Of a DNA stretch of 64,000 nt, positions 37,206-48,010 are shown one piece after another. The first letter of the stretch is position 1. Each line of letters opens with the position of its first letter. The position numbers and the translations under genes were made by a program. Under the pieces are notes generated by a model. It saw only the letters and a program-made list of their open reading frames with translations. It had not been told where the DNA came from and searched no databases. Source of the stretch: Candidatus Obscuribacteraceae bacterium (GTDB lineage Bacteria > Cyanobacteriota > Vampirovibrionia > Obscuribacterales > Obscuribacteraceae); assembly GCA_044226015.1 (NCBI GenBank), contig JBGAHS010000005.1, positions 640,001-704,000 on the forward strand, written 5' to 3'.

Positions 37206-38184
37206 CCAGCCGATTTCCTACTACCAATATTAATAAGTACCGATTTGGGCCCTACATAGGCCCTACATAGAAGCGAAAATTTGACCTATTTGCATCTATG
37301 CTCAGAAAATTATAGAACATCCAGAAGGATTATCTACATTAGCTTCGCGGCATTTCCATCAACAATCGGAAAACCCCGAAAACACGTTGACCCATTTTGT
37401 CCTAAGGAGGGTGTCGGGAGTTCGAGTCTCTCCGAGGGTGAAGTTTAGGCAATCTTTTTGGGATTTGACGTTATGTAGACTGACTGATTGTCTCGGTTTC
37501 GATAAGTGTGGTTTCGGAAACGATTGACTGGCGGTCGTATTAGAGATGTGCTAGATCGGATTGTTCTAGTTGCGAGTCCTTTGGGGGTGCAATAGGGGTG
37601 CTTGGTTGTCAGAAGGCTTCCAGTTTTTGCTGTTTTGACTCCAAACAATTTCAGGTGCCAGTGTGTTAACGAAGTTGGGCTAGTGGCAGGTTCGCTGCCG
37701 ATGTGCCGATACCATCTCTGGTGCTACTGTACCCGCCCTGGCAAGTTGGCTTTTGCGAAACATGCCCTGCTCATGTGCTATCCCGGTGCCTGGAGGACAG
37801 GTCATTTGTGTTGGTATGACTAGCGCCTTTCGGACTTGCTGTGCTTTTTGTCCACGTGGTACTAGCCTGCCCGCGCCACTGTGATGAAGCAGTGAGAGCA
37901 TGTTAAGCAGTGGCTCCGCTATTATTACGTGCCTGCTATTCCAGGGCATGGATGCGCGTTGGAGCGAAGACGAGCCTAGTGCCACACCGGTAGGCTAGCG
38001 CCAGTGCGCTTGTACATGTTGGCGGTCGGACGTGGGCGGATCAGACTACGCCCTGCTGATAAGCATGCTTACGGTAGGGGCTACTGCGCCCATTTGCCCT
38101 GCCGCCTCGCCGGCGCCGGGCACTGTGAAATCCTGCTCCAAATAAGCCTGCATTCTGCTATGTTCCTGGCAGGGAGATCGAAAC

Positions 38185-38514
38185 ATGTATATCCATAATA
38201 TATACAGCTCGCATGTTACCGCCGATGGCGAGCAACGCACCTATCAGAAACGTTTGCTGAGGGTCGCCCGCCGGCAAGGCGGCCGCATATTGAATCGAAC
38301 AATCGCCAACGTCACAAAATGGGAAGCAGAGAAGCTCTCCTTGTTGATGGATGCATTGGCTGCTAAACGGGGCGCCAAAGAGTTTTCTACGAGTGAGCAG
38401 GCTGACCAATCGCTTTTCTGTTTTTTACTCTCTATGGGTGTTGAACCCTGGCGCTTGATGCAGACTGATGCAACTCGCCATTCTGGAAAAAAGAAAAGGC
38501 GCTTAGGGATCTAA
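38185..38514 (+). CDS. Small protein resembling the N-terminus of IS1634-family transposases
   Basis: MYI...Y...LLR..R..GG...RTIAN pattern, recognised by eye only. Confidence 0.4.
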   Translation: MYIHNIYSSHVTADGEQRTYQKRLLRVARRQGGRILNRTIANVTKWEAEKLSLLMDALAAKRGAKEFSTSEQADQSLFCFLLSMGVEPWRLMQTDATRHSGKKKRRLGI

Positions 38515-38772
38515 GTCCAAGGCTAAAAGTATATTTTCTGCCAGGTCGCTATCGGTCAGTTCATGTTTATCAGGATCCCATTCTCCAAAATATCCACGGA
38601 TAATCGAAACATAGTTGAGATTGCCATTGACGTAATTACACGCTTCTTCAAGCAGAGCTCGGTACTTTTCTTGTGACTTTGTGCTCTTCGACCTGCTTGC
38701 TTTTGCTGCGGCAGTTAATATTGGTCTGAGGTCTTGAACCGCCTGGCGTCTTTCTCGTTCATGCCTGTCCAT
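38503..38772 (-). CDS. Hypothetical protein
   Basis: 89-aa ORF with AAGGA upstream. Confidence 0.5.
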   Translation of the reverse strand: MDRHERERRQAVQDLRPILTAAAKASRSKSTKSQEKYRALLEEACNYVNGNLNYVSIIRGYFGEWDPDKHELTDSDLAENILLALDLDP

Positions 38773-38934
38773 TTTCCATTCCTTAATCCTGAATCCTGAG
38801 TTTCCGGGAGCTATCTTTTAGATATACATCAACCTTGAAAAGATCGCAAAATGACATCGCTTTTGCGATCGCTGGACTTTGTTGCTCGCTAATCGGCTTA
38901 CCGGGAAACCGTGTATTTCGTTGAGAGAAGCAAA

Positions 38935-39339
38935 TTAACGTAGCAAAAATTCAAATGTTGGATCAGGACCACCGGACAGGAAGAAACTAGTAAAAACATA
39001 GATCGCCATTGCTATTGCTGCGAGCAGTTTTAGAAATCCGAAGATCACTCCATGCGGCGAACGCCAATTCGCAGTTTTGATGACTACTTCGAACTCACCT
39101 ACCAAATAAATAATTGAGATGGGCAGCGCCATTGCTATGACTTCGACTAGAAGCAAGTCGTAACCTTTCAGCCCGAAAAACATGGGTTGGTTCGGCTTAA
39201 GCATTGCTAGGACTAATAAAGGCAAGCCGATTATGGTACCGATAGCGAAAAAAGGCAGCCAACGAATCGATAGCTTTTCAGCCGTTGTAATATGAGTATC
39301 GGTTTCTCTTGCGGCTAAAACTTCTGCCAGCTTGTCCAT
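38935..39339 (-). CDS. Hypothetical membrane protein
   Basis: Three TM segments; GAGGG upstream. Confidence 0.65.
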   Translation of the reverse strand: MDKLAEVLAARETDTHITTAEKLSIRWLPFFAIGTIIGLPLLVLAMLKPNQPMFFGLKGYDLLLVEVIAMALPISIIYLVGEFEVVIKTANWRSPHGVIFGFLKLLAAIAMAIYVFTSFFLSGGPDPTFEFLLR

Positions 39340-39445
39340 TTAAGTGCCCTCTTAAAGCTTGGGTGATCTTATCGTTGCGACGTTGTAGCATCATTAGCAG
39401 CTGCTTACTTGAAACCCGGCTTTGTTGCTTTCGCTAGAAAGTATT

Positions 39446-39712
39446 TTAGTCGCAGAACTCAGGCGAAGCCCATGATGGTGCTGCTCCTGTTATTTCGACC
39501 TCGTTAAGCTTGCCGTATTCTTCCATCAAGGATTGAATCTCTGAAGCTTTCAAGCCAAATTGTTTTTCCAAGCGCTGCCAGGATTTTCGAACCCAGTAAC
39601 GTGAGTTACCGTGGCAATCGTCAGCATAGTCAGCGATAGCGTCAGTTAGATGCAGCGAGCGCTGCAATCGTTCTTCTTTCTGCCATCTTTCTAGTTTGCG
39701 TTTTGCAGTCAT
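39446..39712 (-). CDS. Hypothetical protein coupled to the recombinase gene
   Basis: ATGA overlap with the 39709 stop. Confidence 0.55.
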   Translation of the reverse strand: MTAKRKLERWQKEERLQRSLHLTDAIADYADDCHGNSRYWVRKSWQRLEKQFGLKASEIQSLMEEYGKLNEVEITGAAPSWASPEFCD

Positions 39713-41292
39713 GATTTCCCTTCTTGTGATTTCAACGTGTTGCGTGGATCTATGCCAATTTGGCTATGAAGCTGTGCTCGCTTGGCTAGCTCTTGAGCCT
39801 CTTTGAGTGACAGAGTGTCTGCTTTTCCAAGAGTAAATAGAACTTGTTCACCATTGAAACGGGTCTTGCAAAGGTACGATGAAGGACCGTTTTTATTCTC
39901 ACGTATGCCTAGTCCGTCTTGCCAGATTGTTATGTTCTGAATCACGTGGCGATTCTCTTTGAGCTGCCTTTTTAGTCTGTTTAGGTTTTGCATTTTTGTA
40001 TTGCAAGCTGCGCTCCAATATTTGCTTAGAGCTGTTGTGAATTGGTAGCTCTCTCCGCAGTAATTGCAGCGTCGGTTACCTTTCACGATTTGCCTAAATT
40101 TAGGTGGTTTACGCTTTGCTGCTTGCTTGCATGACAGGCGGCAATACATGCTTTTGCTTCTCTTCCTGCATTGGTATTTGATTCCGCATTGCTGGCAAGT
40201 TCGTTCCTCTTTCTCAACTGTTTTCGAAAACTGAGGAAATACAGTGTAACGCCCATCAGGTTTTGCTCTACTCTTTGGCATCGCTTCGCCCATCGCCTCG
40301 AACATAGATCCTACCGCTAGCTCCATTGCTTCCTTTACTGGATCGATGTGCAACCGAGCGTATATTTGCGTGGAGGCAAAACTTTTGTGATTCAATGTTC
40401 TGCTGATGATTGGCAGGCTGACTCCGTTAATGCTTTGCCACGAAGCAAGCGACCGCCTCAAATCATGAATCTGCAAATCTTCAATCCCAGATCTATCGAG
40501 CACAAATTCCCAGGCTTGGCTCAAGCTCCAAACAGGACCAGACCCATCTTGTTTCGGAAAAAATCAGATAGGATGACAGCGTCTCCTGCGTCTGAGAATT
40601 TCCATTGCTGGTTCGATTAGAGGATTTATTTGAGAATCACCGTTCTTAGTCTCTTCAATGCGCCAGTAAGAATGTTGCTCGCTGATATCCGCCCATCGCA
40701 TCTCTGAAACATTCCGGCGTCGTGCTCCTGTGAAAAGCAGCATGAATAGAAGATCTTTTGTGGTTTCGTTGCGCAGAGAGTGTACCGCTGCAAACCATGG
40801 CGCCAGTTCGTGAGGCTGGAGGAATCGCTCCCGAGCTTTGATTTTGCTGAGCCTTATTCTTGCAGCTGGATTGATACCTTCAAACATGTTCCAATCGATT
40901 GCTCTGTTGTAGAGCATCCTGATAAGTTCAATGGCATGATTGCTTGCGCTCTTGCCATTAGTTTCGAGAAGCGAGACTTGAAGCGCGTGAATTTCTTTCC
41001 GTGTGATTTCGTTGATGTCTTTGTCTGCGAGGGTCGCAAGATGATTCTTGAAAATTCCTTCGTATTTAAACCACTGCTTGCAGTGGAGTTTTGCGTACTG
41101 ATCGAGCCAATATTGCATCAACTCATGCAGTGTCATTCTTTGCGATATCTTCAAAGAGCCTTGAGATGACATCAATCCAGTTAGTTTTGCGACAACCGCA
41201 TCAGAGAGCAGGTCAGAGAATCCGGCTACTGTAAATGGCTTCTGTTCACACTCATCCGCATTATGCTCGCTGAGAATCAGCTCGTCAGACAT
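39709..41292 (-). pseudogene. Tyrosine recombinase with C-terminal Zn-finger-like and arm-binding-like domains; in-frame TGA at 40564-40566
   Basis: The two ORFs share one frame: ...CHPI*FFPKQDGSGPVWSLSQAW...; TGAR, TKNG, HDLRR, LNH, IYAR are intact. Confidence 0.85.
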
Positions 41293-41685
41293 GGAGGGCT
41301 CCTTTTAAGTCATAAAAATTGAATTGAATTCAGACTACAACAACTTTGTCCAAAATGCTCGAAAGGTAAGCTAATAGCTTGTTTTGCTGCTTTCAAAAAC
41401 TAGATTGGGAAAGCGAAATCAACTTTATAAAAATTCTGCAAATTAGCTTAAGTCATCAAGCCGTTTGTGTCCTAAATATGGCTAGGTAAAGGTCAAATTC
41501 TCGTTTGTAGCCTTTATAGCGTTTGCAGTTAGCTTTGAAGCCTCGAAGCCATAGATTTCAAAAAGTCGGTGAGTTTCATATTTTCAATCCTCGTTTCTGG
41601 TTGATAAAATTACTTATCAAGAGGCTAAGCTATTAGCTTAAGTTGTCTGTTTGCTTTGGTTGCAAGTTTACGGGAGCCTTTACTT

Positions 41686-42750
41686 ATGGCGGAAAAGCGC
41701 TATCAAGTCTTTATTAGCAGTACTTATGTAGATCTTGTGGAGGAGCGCAAAGAAGTAATACAAGCGTTGCTTGAGCTCGACTGTATGCCTTCTGGGATGG
41801 AATTGTTTCCTGCAGCAAATGAAAGCCAATGGAACTTGATAAAGCAAGTCATTGATGAGTGCGATTATTACGTGCTGATTATCGGCGGGCGATACGGCAG
41901 CATCTCTGAGCCTGACGGAATTAGCTACACTGAAAAGGAATATGACTATGCAGTAACCATAGGCAAACCAACAATTGCATTCTTGCACAAGTCTCCCGGA
42001 AAAATTGCTTCAGAGAAAACTGAATCAAAAGACAAAGGGAAAGAACTTCTTGCGGCGTTTAGAAAAAAGGTCGAGCAAAAACTATGTAAGCACTGGGATT
42101 CCGCTGCAGAACTAGGATCTGTTGTTAGTAGAAGTTTAGTTCAACTAATGAGATCTACACCAGCTGTGGGCTGGGTACGCGCCAATGAGCTTGCTAATGA
42201 AGAAGCAACAAAAGAAATCTTGGAGCTAAGGAAACAAGTAGACTCACTTACGAAACAACTGGAAACTTCAAAGACAACAGCTCCAAAAGGGGTTGAAGAC
42301 CTAGCGCAAGGAGATGACGAACACACGTTTGAAGTCGCTTTTCTTAGCAAAAAGAAAGTAGGCGGCTCAATTAGCGAATGGTTTTGGATTGACGTCAAAG
42401 CGACATGGAACGAATTATTTGCTTATGTAGCCCCGACAATGATCCATGAGACTACAGAAGAGGCTTTTGAAATTGCCGTGAATAATTTCTTTTATAATTT
42501 CGCAAGTGATCAAGCCGCGAAGCAAGCAGAGGAGCTTCTGCTGTCGGGGCCAGAGAAGATTGAATTAGATGATGGCGAGATTCAAACAGTAAAGGTGCAA
42601 TTGCTTGCGCTTGGGCTAATTAAAAAGAGCGAGAAGCAACGCAGTGTGAAGGACAAAGACGGCTATTTGGAATTAACTCCGTTTGGATATCAAACTATGA
42701 CTCGGTTACGTGCGGTCAAGAAGAAAACCCCTCGCGTACATGGACTCTAG
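41686..42750 (+). CDS. DUF4062 domain protein with coiled coil
   Basis: [38 protein letters not shown] upstream of ATG 41686. Confidence 0.9.
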   Translation: MAEKRYQVFISSTYVDLVEERKEVIQALLELDCMPSGMELFPAANESQWNLIKQVIDECDYYVLIIGGRYGSISEPDGISYTEKEYDYAVTIGKPTIAFLHKSPGKIASEKTESKDKGKELLAAFRKKVEQKLCKHWDSAAELGSVVSRSLVQLMRSTPAVGWVRANELANEEATKEILELRKQVDSLTKQLETSKTTAPKGVEDLAQGDDEHTFEVAFLSKKKVGGSISEWFWIDVKATWNELFAYVAPTMIHETTEEAFEIAVNNFFYNFASDQAAKQAEELLLSGPEKIELDDGEIQTVKVQLLALGLIKKSEKQRSVKDKDGYLELTPFGYQTMTRLRAVKKKTPRVHGL

Positions 42751-43008
42751 TGGTTACATGTAATCGGACATCATCAAGACATGTTGTGGCTGATTCTCTG
42801 CCTGTTCGTTGTTTACGCCTAAAAAGGGATATCTTCGAATCAATGGCAAACTCGGGTATCTCTTAGCTTTGAAGAAACTTATGTGTCGATTATCACAAGC
42901 TGTGACACGTTTTTAGTAAATACGCTCAAACCGCATATACCATGGATCTCTGGATCTGAGCCAATAGATCAATTACTCTATTCTCAAGAGTTCTAGGAGG
43001 TTAAATAA

Positions 43009-43665
43009 ATGCATGATCCAGTTTTTGCAGCCATGATTGCGGCTTTTGCCACATTAATGACTCTTGCTTGCAACAGCTGGCTAACAATGCATAAGGAAAA
43101 AGAGAATCGCAAATATCAGTTGCTGCAAAGACGCTTAGATGAGTTCTACGGTCCGATGCTTAACCTGGTTGTGGAATTGCGATTGAGAGAACAGCATTAT
43201 GTAGAACTTCTAGGCAAGATAACTGGAAAACAAATTTCTCTGCAAACCACTAGAGATTCGGATTCAAAAGACAAAGCTATGGAAGCTTGGAAGAATACCC
43301 ATGAGCAAAGGAAAAGCAGATGGCGCGATATAGATATGTCTCTCTACGGAGAAATTCATGCACTGTTCAAAGCGAAGCAATACCTTGCAGAGCCTTCCAC
43401 ACAAGCATTTTATAAACGGCTAATCAACTTACTAGAGTTGATGGAAATGATCAAGAATGATTACGTGCAGTCAATGCCTTTCGAAATAATGATGCAGTAC
43501 AACGACAGTCAGTTTCTTCGAGAATTTCAAAATGACCTCGAATCGCATCGAGAAGCTTTACTCTTGAACATAACCGGATCTAAAACGAGCGAACAAGGGG
43601 TTCTCGATGGTGTCAAAAGTTTTTCACAGTGGAGCTTCGTTCAAAAAAGTTTGATGTCACATTAG
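43009..43665 (+). CDS. Hypothetical protein with N-terminal TM helix
   Basis: Strong AGGAGG RBS; TM helix then RRLDEFYGPM helical domain. Confidence 0.75.
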   Translation: MHDPVFAAMIAAFATLMTLACNSWLTMHKEKENRKYQLLQRRLDEFYGPMLNLVVELRLREQHYVELLGKITGKQISLQTTRDSDSKDKAMEAWKNTHEQRKSRWRDIDMSLYGEIHALFKAKQYLAEPSTQAFYKRLINLLELMEMIKNDYVQSMPFEIMMQYNDSQFLREFQNDLESHREALLLNITGSKTSEQGVLDGVKSFSQWSFVQKSLMSH

Positions 43666-43710
43666 TGGGCGCTGTTAAAGAACTGTCAAATGAGGTCATA
43701 AGCCACAAAA

Positions 43711-44805
43711 ATGCCTGAGAAACGCTATCAAGTATTCATAAGTAGTACCTACATCGATCTCGTAGAAGAACGCAGCCAAGTAATGCAAGCATTGCTAGAA
43801 CTAGACTGCATGCCAGCAGGGATGGAGTTATTTCCCGCTTCCGATGAATCACAATGGGAGCTCATTACAAGAGTTATTGATGAATGCGATTATTACATCC
43901 TTATTCTCGCTGGTCGCTATGGCAGCCTTTCAAAGGCAGATGGCATTAGTTACACGGAAAAGGAGTATAAATATGCGTTATCGATCGGTAAGCCAACAAT
44001 TGCATTCTTGCATAGCGACCCTGGAAAAATCATCGCCGCTAATACAGAGCGCGACGATGAGGGGAAAAGACTTCTATCGAAATTTAGGGAAAGCGTTCAG
44101 GAGCAATTAATTCGGAAATGGGATAATCCAGGTGATTTACGTGCCAAAGTAACCACTAGCTTAGTTTCCTTGATGCGGAGAAAACCTGGAATAGGCTGGG
44201 TTCGCGCTAATGAAATAGCGAGCGTCGACGCAACAAGGGAAATTCTGCTACTCAGAAAAGAAAACGAATCTCTTCGTCAGCAAATTCAAAAAACGGCAAT
44301 CGATGGACCGGTTGGTGTAGAGGAACTTTCACAGGGCGATGATGAAATCCAGTTAACGCTCACATTCGAAACCGTAAAAACTGAACACTATTCTGAAACG
44401 CCAGAGAATCACGCACTTTCGGTACTCACAACTTGGAACAAACTCTTTGCTTCAATAGCTCCGACTATGATCCATGAAGCGACAGACGCTCAAATAAGAA
44501 CCGCCGTAGCTGAATACTGTACGCAGGAAAGTCAGGTTGCTATACAAGAACTACTAAAGAAAGGAAAGCGAAAAAAAGCCCAGTATTTTGTAGTGTCGAA
44601 TAGAAATTTTCAAACTGTAAAAGTTCAATTGAAAGCCCTGGGCTTGATACAGAAAAGTGAAAAGAATAGAAGCGTAAGAGATACTGAAACCTATTGGTCG
44701 TTGACAGCTCATGGTGAATCCGTTATGACTCGTCTTCGAGCGGTCAAACGAAATCAATCTGGAAGCTCGCAGCAAAACTCTGACAATATTGACGAGCGAG
44801 ATTAA
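43711..44805 (+). CDS. DUF4062 domain protein, full-length paralog of 41686..42750
   Basis: Same motifs; shared C-terminus QTVKVQL.ALGLI.KSEK.RSV.D...MTRLRAVK. Confidence 0.9.
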   Translation: MPEKRYQVFISSTYIDLVEERSQVMQALLELDCMPAGMELFPASDESQWELITRVIDECDYYILILAGRYGSLSKADGISYTEKEYKYALSIGKPTIAFLHSDPGKIIAANTERDDEGKRLLSKFRESVQEQLIRKWDNPGDLRAKVTTSLVSLMRRKPGIGWVRANEIASVDATREILLLRKENESLRQQIQKTAIDGPVGVEELSQGDDEIQLTLTFETVKTEHYSETPENHALSVLTTWNKLFASIAPTMIHEATDAQIRTAVAEYCTQESQVAIQELLKKGKRKKAQYFVVSNRNFQTVKVQLKALGLIQKSEKNRSVRDTETYWSLTAHGESVMTRLRAVKRNQSGSSQQNSDNIDERD

Positions 44806-46128
44806 ATGGAAACCAAAAGCTTATCTACAGCATCTTGCATGTGATCTGGCGCCAAATGAGCGCATTTCAGCGTCATTTTGCAATCGCTGTGACCTAACAA
44901 AGCTCTTACTTTGTTCAAATCAACGCCAGCTATAACGAGCTTGCTTGCGAATGTATGGCGTAAATCGTGCCATCTAAATTCTTTATGTCAGCCAGCTTCA
45001 AAACGCCTTCCCATGATGTGCGCATATCCGAGAATGGCTGACCCTTCTCATCACAGAAAACGTATAAAGATTTGACCGGCAAGTATTTGCTCTGACCTTT
45101 AATACATCGAGAGCTTCATTGTTCAATCTTATATGGCGTGTCTTTCCAGCTTTCGCAGTGCTGGCTTCGACCGTCAAATCTTTCTTTCGAAGTCGACGCT
45201 GCTCCATTTTAGTTTCAGCAATTCGCCACGGCGCATGCCAGTGTTCAGCGAAGCAATTACAGCTGGACTGAGATGATCAGCGAATTCATTGGCAGTCAGA
45301 ATTGACTGAAGATCGCAGCCGCGCTCTGCTCGCCAAGCGTTTCCACTGGCTCTGCTTTCTCGCAATCTTAACTCTCTTTTTTCGAGCGCCCAGCGCAATC
45401 GTGCTTCCTCTTAGGAGTGAGATAACGAACAATGGAATTGCTGTCGCCATCGCATGAATCAACTTTGTCGCATGGATTGTTCAATTAAGCCCAAGTCTTT
45501 TGCCTTGTTCAAACAAGCTCGACGGTCATTCAATTGACGATTGATAGTAGCTGGTGACACTCCCTAAATTTCTAAGCGGCGTTGCTTCCTTTGCTCAATC
45601 ATCAAGCTCGTGATGTCACAGAGCTTGATGATTGAAGTTCAGCGAATCTATTCTTGAGATTGTTGTATGTCTCTCTCTCCGAGGCGGAGTTATTCACTCC
45701 GCCTCGGAGATGGCTTACCAGGTATGGCTTATAAGTTGAGTCAAGAAAGTTGCGATAGTTCTCTTTAACTTCTTTCTCTGCTTGCAGCAATTCTGCTGTT
45801 TCAAGTTTGCTTCTCTCGATTGCTGCATTCTCAGCAGCCCGCTTTTCCGCTGCCTCTGCTTGCTTGTGAGCTGTTATTGGATCGATGCCGGTAAGTTCCA
45901 ACTCGGCAAGAAATTTGCGCGCTCTCTTGCGAGCCTGGTCTAAGTCGAGCACATCTGAGCTTATGGTATAGCGCTTGCCTCTGCCATAGACAAGGCAGAA
46001 TGACATGACGCCAGTTTTCCTTACTCGCAGAACCAAGCCGCGAACCTACTCCTGCTCGCCGTCCGGCAACTTTGTTTCAATTCACGCTTGAGAGTCTTAA
46101 TGAGCGATGCTGAAAGTTCGACTGTCAT
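44802..46128 (-). pseudogene. Heavily degraded tyrosine integrase of island 2
   Basis: Fragments in several frames: [40 protein letters not shown]. Confidence 0.85.
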
Positions 46129-46267
46129 TTTGATGCTCCTGGAAAGTAGGCTATGGTGTGCAAAAAATGTCTGGGGGTGCAATGGGGTGCAGAGAAATTA
46201 TACCTGGCTATACTTTCTAATCCCTAGTAAAACCTGAAAGTCTCATCTTAAACCGTTAAAACCAGCG

Positions 46268-47152
46268 TCAATCAGCGGTCTTAGGGAGTCGAGAATTGTA
46301 AGGAAGTATAAGCGAGTATAACTGAGACCAGAAAGGATTCGCCGTCCTAAGAAGGGTGTCGGGAGTTCGAGTCTCTAGCCGCGCAAGCAAGTCTTGTTCG
46401 CCCCTATTTGAGCCATGATCGGCAGCCATTACCCTTCCCTTTCTAATCCAGTAAGTCGATCCAGAGCCAAAATGTTCTCCGAAAATTCGGCGCATATCCT
46501 GACGAGGCACTGCGTCTGAATTCAATACAATCAATCTAATTCTAGGATCTGCAATTTCATTAAGTGCATTTGACAGAGCACGAACGGTTGTAATTGCTCT
46601 CGCGTGATTTTGGTGATACATAGTTACAACTCCGAAATCGATATCGGAAATCTCTCGACAATCCAGATCGTAGATTTCGATGCGGGCTGGGTCTAATCCA
46701 TTGCAGTTTCTCATGACCATTGCAGCGAAAAGATCTTCTTGTCCATCGCCTGCAACTGTTATCTCGATACCAGAAAATTCCAAGATTCTCTTTTTGAGTA
46801 ATCTTGTAAGAGGTCCGTTGTGATAGCCGCGATCAGCATATCGTACAATGCCGTCTTTGATCCAAAACGATTCGCCATATCCGTGTGATACTTCACCCAA
46901 GATTTCCTCACATTCTGCGGGATTGCATTGATCGTTATCCACGATGCGTGCCGAAAATGCTGACGCCGGAGTTTGGGTGACGGCATCGCAGAAAGAGCTG
47001 AATGATGAAGTGCATTGCCCGCTCCAGAGCGCCCGAATGAAGAGTACGCCAGTTCCGATTTCAGCAACCTGCTTTTTCAGGTCAAATGGACCATCCACAA
47101 ACTGAATGCGTCCTGCAAGTTTCTTAGGTATTTGGCTTTCGCTGTGATTCAT
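46268..47152 (-). CDS. Hypothetical protein with two tandem thioredoxin-like repeats; 3' end runs through the att site
   Basis: FWIKDGIVRYADRG / YWIRKGRVMAADHG internal repeat. Confidence 0.6.
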   Translation of the reverse strand: MNHSESQIPKKLAGRIQFVDGPFDLKKQVAEIGTGVLFIRALWSGQCTSSFSSFCDAVTQTPASAFSARIVDNDQCNPAECEEILGEVSHGYGESFWIKDGIVRYADRGYHNGPLTRLLKKRILEFSGIEITVAGDGQEDLFAAMVMRNCNGLDPARIEIYDLDCREISDIDFGVVTMYHQNHARAITTVRALSNALNEIADPRIRLIVLNSDAVPRQDMRRIFGEHFGSGSTYWIRKGRVMAADHGSNRGEQDLLARLETRTPDTLLRTANPFWSQLYSLILPYNSRLPKTAD

Positions 47153-47174
47153 TTTCCAGGCTCAATATCCTCAA

Positions 47175-47726
47175 TCAGTCGCTGATATTGGATGTGGTGC
47201 GCTGATTTGCAGATGCGGATGAGTTGAATGAATTCAATTCTTTTGCCGTAATCTCATGTCGGTATTTGAACATTCGTTTTATTTTCGCTTCGACAAAACC
47301 GCCTACGAATGGTTGGCTCAAGGCTGACAGTGGCAGCTCGTATTCGATTCTGTCTAAGAGCAGGCATTTGCCGTCTGCCATCGGCTCGAATTTGTGAAGG
47401 TGGCGCCAGAATGCAAATGGACCACTCTTTTGGATGTCCACGAATTGACGGTCGGCAATGAAGTCACAGTGACTGGCGACCCAATCGATCTTGCATGGTC
47501 CTGCTGCCATGCGAAGAATAGCTATGGCTCCATCAACGGGCCCTGTCGCGGGTTGTACAAGCTCCACAGGTTCCCATGGAGGAATGAGCTTTTTGAAGGT
47601 GTCCTTCTTCCAATGCCAGCGAAAAACCTCCTCCGCTGGCGCATTGAGCACGGTTTTGAATTCTAGTACCTGCCGTCGCTTTACGTTGACCAATGTCTCA
47701 CACCTGTAGCAACTCACTAAATCCAT
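47175..47726 (-). CDS. SRPBCC-family protein
   Basis: VFRWH...L.PPW, FVD.Q..GPF..W.H.H.F, MFKYRH. Confidence 0.8.
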   Translation of the reverse strand: MDLVSCYRCETLVNVKRRQVLEFKTVLNAPAEEVFRWHWKKDTFKKLIPPWEPVELVQPATGPVDGAIAILRMAAGPCKIDWVASHCDFIADRQFVDIQKSGPFAFWRHLHKFEPMADGKCLLLDRIEYELPLSALSQPFVGGFVEAKIKRMFKYRHEITAKELNSFNSSASANQRTTSNISD

Positions 47727-47798
47727 TATGAATCCAGGCAGTGAACAGAGAGTGAACGTTTGTATGAAATCCTGCCGACTTCGAGGGACTTTAGACCT

Positions 47799-47855
47799 GA
47801 ACAGCCGTGTGAACAGGCTTCGAAACAGCCGTCGAAACAGCCGTCTAAACTGCCG
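47799..47855. repeat. Degenerate 12-bp tandem repeat (RAACAGCCGTCK), about 5 copies
   Basis: Read directly, in a divergent intergenic region. Confidence 0.7.
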
Positions 47856-48010
47856 GGTACCGCAATATTAAACTGTTCCCCAAGATATTGCCTTCACTTG
47901 AGCCTGGAAATGTTAGAAGCTAGCGGTTTTGCTATCCTTTCAGGCATATTGGTTTATACTATAGCCGACAGCTTGCTTCTGTTCTGCATCAGCTACTCTG
48001 CTTATCCATC

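Larger units (their letters stand above)
23727..37440. mobile_element. Integrative genomic island 1 (about 13.7 kb) at tRNA-Arg
   Basis: att direct repeats 23727-23768 and 37399-37440; GGCCCTACAT tandem arm-type sites at 23794-23817 and 37247-37270; integrase at the right end. Confidence 0.9.
37399..46376. mobile_element. Integrative genomic island 2 (about 9 kb)
   Basis: att repeats 37399-37440 and 46342-46376; arm-like GGGGTGC doublets at 37583-37601 and 46173-46191; decayed integrase at the right end. Confidence 0.85.

Noticed and set aside
34142..40566. TGA recoding (Trp or Gly) suggested by in-frame TGAs in the IS110 and recombinase genes
   Set aside because: The two TGAs replace different residues, both lie in decaying mobile genes, and serS and other intact genes end in TGA.
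23727..46376. Prophage or self-transmissible ICE
   Set aside because: No capsid, terminase, tail, relaxase or type IV secretion genes are recognisable.
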